Source of the DNA: an uncultured archaeon
Lineage (GTDB): Archaea; Asgardarchaeota; Thorarchaeia; Thorarchaeales; Thorarchaeaceae
Assembly: GCA_964631415.1 (NCBI GenBank)
Contig: CAZVZC010000029.1
Span: 1-28,104 of the forward strand
Reading direction: 5' to 3'
Length of the DNA: 28,104 nucleotides
The notes under the pieces are model-generated. The model ran no database searches. It saw nothing but the letters and a program-made list of their open reading frames with translations, and was not told where the DNA came from. Position 1 is the first letter of the stretch. Every line of letters starts with the position of its first letter. This document shows positions 25,139 through 28,104 of the stretch, in pieces. Position numbers and translations under genes: made by a program.

Positions 25139-28104
25139 ATGGAGATTCGAGTCCGGGGCGCTGCCGAGCACAATCTCAAGAACGTAGATGTTGACATCGA
25201 AGAGGGACTCACAGTCGTGACCGGCGTTTCTGGTTCGGGCAAGACCTCTCTAGTGTTTGACACGATCTACCACGAGGCTCGTCGCCGATTCCTAGACGTC
25301 TTCTCATCGGGCTCAAAGGCCGTAAGGTTGACACCCGCGAACGTGCAGTCAATCACAGGCATAGGCCCAACCATCGCGGTGGGCCAGAACCTGTTGAACC
25401 GCAATCCATTGTCGACACTCGCTACGTCATGTGGCATTCATCCCTTTCTCAGACTTCTCTATGCTAGGTTTGGCGTGCGGCACTGTCCCAAATGTGGGAA
25501 CGGTCTTTCAGTGCTTACGGAGGACGAGATTGTAGACAGAATACTCTCTTTGAGAGGACAAGGAACAGTCAAAGTGTACGCCCTATTGGTGGGTCGAGTG
25601 ATCGGCAGTCACCGCACACTCCTCGGGATTCTGGATAGGCAGTTAGGTACCAGCCGCGTGCTTGTCGACGGGGATCCATACGATGGCAAACGGCTGAATC
25701 CATCGAAGGAGCATACCATAGAAGTCGAGGTCGGACGAGTCGAACACGCAGACAAGTCTTCCCATGCTCGTAGGATTGTTCAGGAGTCTGCTGCACTTGG
25801 AGCCAGTGTATTGGTTGCCCGGCACGGGCGATCAACGATTTCACTATCGCGCACCGCGGTCTGCTCGGAATGTGGAACCCGTTTCGAAGGCATCGAGCCC
25901 ATTCACTTTCATACGCCCTGTCCATACTGCAAGGGCAGTGGCTGTCCGCAATGTTTTGACACTGGTCTGCATCCACAGGCCGCAGCTGTGAAGTGGCAGG
26001 ATCTTCGCATCACTGAGTTCCTCGCTCTCACTGTCGATGAGGCCCAAGCATTGTTTAGGACCGCAATGATGCCGCCTGTATCATCGCGCGTGAGGTCAGA
26101 GATTCAGAAGAGGTTGGACTCACTTGCAGGCGTTGGCCTTGGCTACGTTCAGCTCAACAGACCTTCTCCAACGTTGTCGCGAGGCGAGTCGCAAAGAGTC
26201 CGATTGGCCGTGTCGTTGACCAGCCGGCTAGAGGACGTAGTCCATGTGCTGGATGAACCGACGATAGGTCAACACGCAAAGGATGCTTCCAAGCTTCTTC
26301 TTCGCTTCAGAGAATTGCCGGGACCGGTCATCTATGTCGAGCATGACAGGGCTGCCGCCGCCTTCGCAGACCGGGCAATAGATGTTGGTCCCGGAGCAGG
26401 CGACGCTGGCGGCGAAATCGTGTTCACAGGTACGCCAGCTGAGCTCTGGAAGTCTGAAACAGCGACAGGACGCTATTTCAGTATGCGTGATAAGGTTCTT
26501 GTCCCAGGGCCAAGGCCTAGGCCAGACCGCTTCATCACAATCAGTGGGGCATGTGTACACAATCTCCAAGGCATCGATGTTTCGGTCCCTGTTGGGCGTT
26601 TCACGGTCATCAGTGGGATTTCTGGGTCAGGCAAGAGCACTCTCGTTGAGGACGTCCTTGTGCCTTCATTGTCTAAGGGAAAACCCGTGGGCTGCAGGAG
26701 CATAGATGGTGGAGACATAAAGCCCGTTCTTGTGGACCAAGGGCCCATAGGACGGAATCCCCGATCGAACCCAGCGACCTATACGAAACTCTCAGACATA
26801 GTTCGAGAGCTCTTCGCCAGACAGACTAAGTTGTCGGCGTCACATTTCTCATTTAACCGCCCCGAGGGCGCTTGTCCGACATGCAGGGGCATGGGTGCAG
26901 TTGAAGTCAAGATGCACTATCTGCCATCATCTTGGATACCGTGCACCGATTGCAGTGGTCAACGGTTCTCTGACCAGGTCCTCTCAGCTATAGTGGACTT
27001 CCACGGCAAGAGCTACTCAATCGCGGACATCTACCAGCTATCAATCTCGCAGGCGTATTCACTGTTTGTCGGTGACGAGCGACTCACGGATGGGACCAGA
27101 GAGTCTGCGAGGAGCATGCTTGACGCGCTGGTCACCATCGGGCTTGGCTACTTGACCATTGGCCAACCATCTCCAAGCCTCTCTGGGGGTGAGTCTCAGA
27201 GAGTGAAGCTTGCAAAGTTCCTTGGTCGAAGGAATCTCTCAAATCGGCTCATAATCTTGGATGAGCCGTCTACTGGACTACATCCCAAGGACCTCGCTGG
27301 CTTACTGTCTGTACTTGACCGACTCGTGCGCGTCGGAGCAACGGTGGTTGTTGTTGAGCATAACCTGGACATCATAAGGGCTGCAGACTGGGTGATTGAT
27401 CTTGGGCCCGGTGCTGGACCCAGTGGAGGACGCGTGATTTATGCTGGGCCTCCAAGCAGGCTGGCTCAGGATGAGGAGTCTGTCACAGGACGAGCAATCA
27501 AAGAGGACGCGCGCGTTCGCCCAAGAGCCAAACCGGCGACGATGCACAAGCGATCCGACTGCATCTCGATAAGGAACGCCCGTGCTAACAATCTGAAGGG
27601 TGTCGACATTGATTTCGTCAAAGGCGCATTGACTGTGGTCACAGGAGTTTCGGGCTCCGGAAAGTCGAGCTTGATTCACGACGTACTTGAGTCAGAAGCG
27701 AAACGCAGGTTCCTAGAAACACTCTCACTCTACGAGAGGCAGGGAATACATGAGGGTCCCGAGTCTCCAGTCGACTCCGTATCAGGACTAGGAGTATCTG
27801 TTTCAATCCTACCCGGACAGAGCCTCTATAGCCGAAGGTCCACTGTCGGGACCGTCACTGAGATCTCACACCACCTCGCGGCTTTGCTGGCGGCTATCGG
27901 TAAACGGACCTGTCTACAGTGTGGAGCGCAGATGAAGCGTAGCCAGCAGTGGATCTGTTCGAACTGCGGAGCGACAGCCCCACTCGCAGAACCAAGGCAC
28001 TTCTCATCATCGACCTACTCATCAGCCTGCCCGGTCTGCCATGGGGTGGGAACTCTCCAAGTTCCTGCTCCCGAGAAACTCATCATCAACCCAGACAAGC
28101 CCAT
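25139..28104 (+). CDS. uvrA: Excinuclease ABC subunit A, internally duplicated form, truncated by the window end
   Basis: Starts MEIRVRGAAEHNLKNVDV. Three same-frame Walker A motifs: GVSGSGKT at 25223, GISGSGKS at 26615 and GVSGSGKS at 27644. Signatures LSRGE (26174) and LSGGE (27179), LDEP Walker B motifs, and CxxC fingers. Confidence 0.93.
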   Translation, partial: MEIRVRGAAEHNLKNVDVDIEEGLTVVTGVSGSGKTSLVFDTIYHEARRRFLDVFSSGSKAVRLTPANVQSITGIGPTIAVGQNLLNRNPLSTLATSCGIHPFLRLLYARFGVRHCPKCGNGLSVLTEDEIVDRILSLRGQGTVKVYALLVGRVIGSHRTLLGILDRQLGTSRVLVDGDPYDGKRLNPSKEHTIEVEVGRVEHADKSSHARRIVQESAALGASVLVARHGRSTISLSRTAVCSECGTRFEGIEPIHFHTPCPYCKGSGCPQCFDTGLHPQAAAVKWQDLRITEFLALTVDEAQALFRTAMMPPVSSRVRSEIQKRLDSLAGVGLGYVQLNRPSPTLSRGESQRVRLAVSLTSRLEDVVHVLDEPTIGQHAKDASKLLLRFRELPGPVIYVEHDRAAAAFADRAIDVGPGAGDAGGEIVFTGTPAELWKSETATGRYFSMRDKVLVPGPRPRPDRFITISGACVHNLQGIDVSVPVGRFTVISGISGSGKSTLVEDVLVPSLSKGKPVGCRSIDGGDIKPVLVDQGPIGRNPRSNPATYTKLSDIVRELFARQTKLSASHFSFNRPEGACPTCRGMGAVEVKMHYLPSSWIPCTDCSGQRFSDQVLSAIVDFHGKSYSIADIYQLSISQAYSLFVGDERLTDGTRESARSMLDALVTIGLGYLTIGQPSPSLSGGESQRVKLAKFLGRRNLSNRLIILDEPSTGLHPKDLAGLLSVLDRLVRVGATVVVVEHNLDIIRAADWVIDLGPGAGPSGGRVIYAGPPSRLAQDEESVTGRAIKEDARVRPRAKPATMHKRSDCISIRNARANNLKGVDIDFVKGALTVVTGVSGSGKSSLIHDVLESEAKRRFLETLSLYERQGIHEGPESPVDSVSGLGVSVSILPGQSLYSRRSTVGTVTEISHHLAALLAAIGKRTCLQCGAQMKRSQQWICSNCGATAPLAEPRHFSSSTYSSACPVCHGVGTLQVPAPEKLIINPDKP

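Noticed and set aside
9-27679. The many short overlapping or antisense ORFs in the track (e.g. 7276..7938, 20243..20779, 25569..25976, 27302..27679)
   Set aside because: They are shadows of well-supported genes and lack recognisable motifs.
1-28104. Genome-wide reassignment of TAG to a sense codon
   Set aside because: Several conserved genes (queD, mptA, MFS) end at TAG at plausible family lengths, and only one internal TAG was seen.
1-28104. CRISPR arrays, tRNA/rRNA genes, transposases or integrases
   Set aside because: No regularly spaced repeats, cloverleaf/T-loop patterns or recombinase motifs were seen by eye.

Overview
Archaeal chromosomal window, most likely from an Asgard archaeon (inference, Thorarchaeia-like). 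The basis is the thermosome, S17e, the archaeal-type ATP-dependent ligase and MetRS, and a giant Ig-repeat membrane protein with a longin/roadblock-like cytoplasmic tail. Genes in order: thermosome 5' end (not in the ORF track), small Zn-ribbon protein, orphan beta-class DNA methyltransferase, flippase-like membrane protein, rps17e divergent from lig, queD and mptA/folE2, a ~1770-codon surface protein split by one in-frame TAG, an unannotated 50-aa ORF behind a palindromic operator, S9 peptidase, class III aminotransferase, SPL-family radical SAM with a PolX-like HhH tail, a ThiS/MoaD ubiquitin-like protein with a blocked internal GG, metG, MFS transporter, two hypotheticals, and an internally duplicated UvrA running off the end (not in the ORF track). 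The strongest candidate for an undescribed system is a ~180-nt multi-stem leader with mutually exclusive pairings, lying between the putative metG TATA box and start codon and masking the ribosome-binding site. Other leads are possible amber readthrough, the processing-dependent Ubl and the radical SAM-HhH fusion. All structures and family calls were made by eye; no folding or database search was run.
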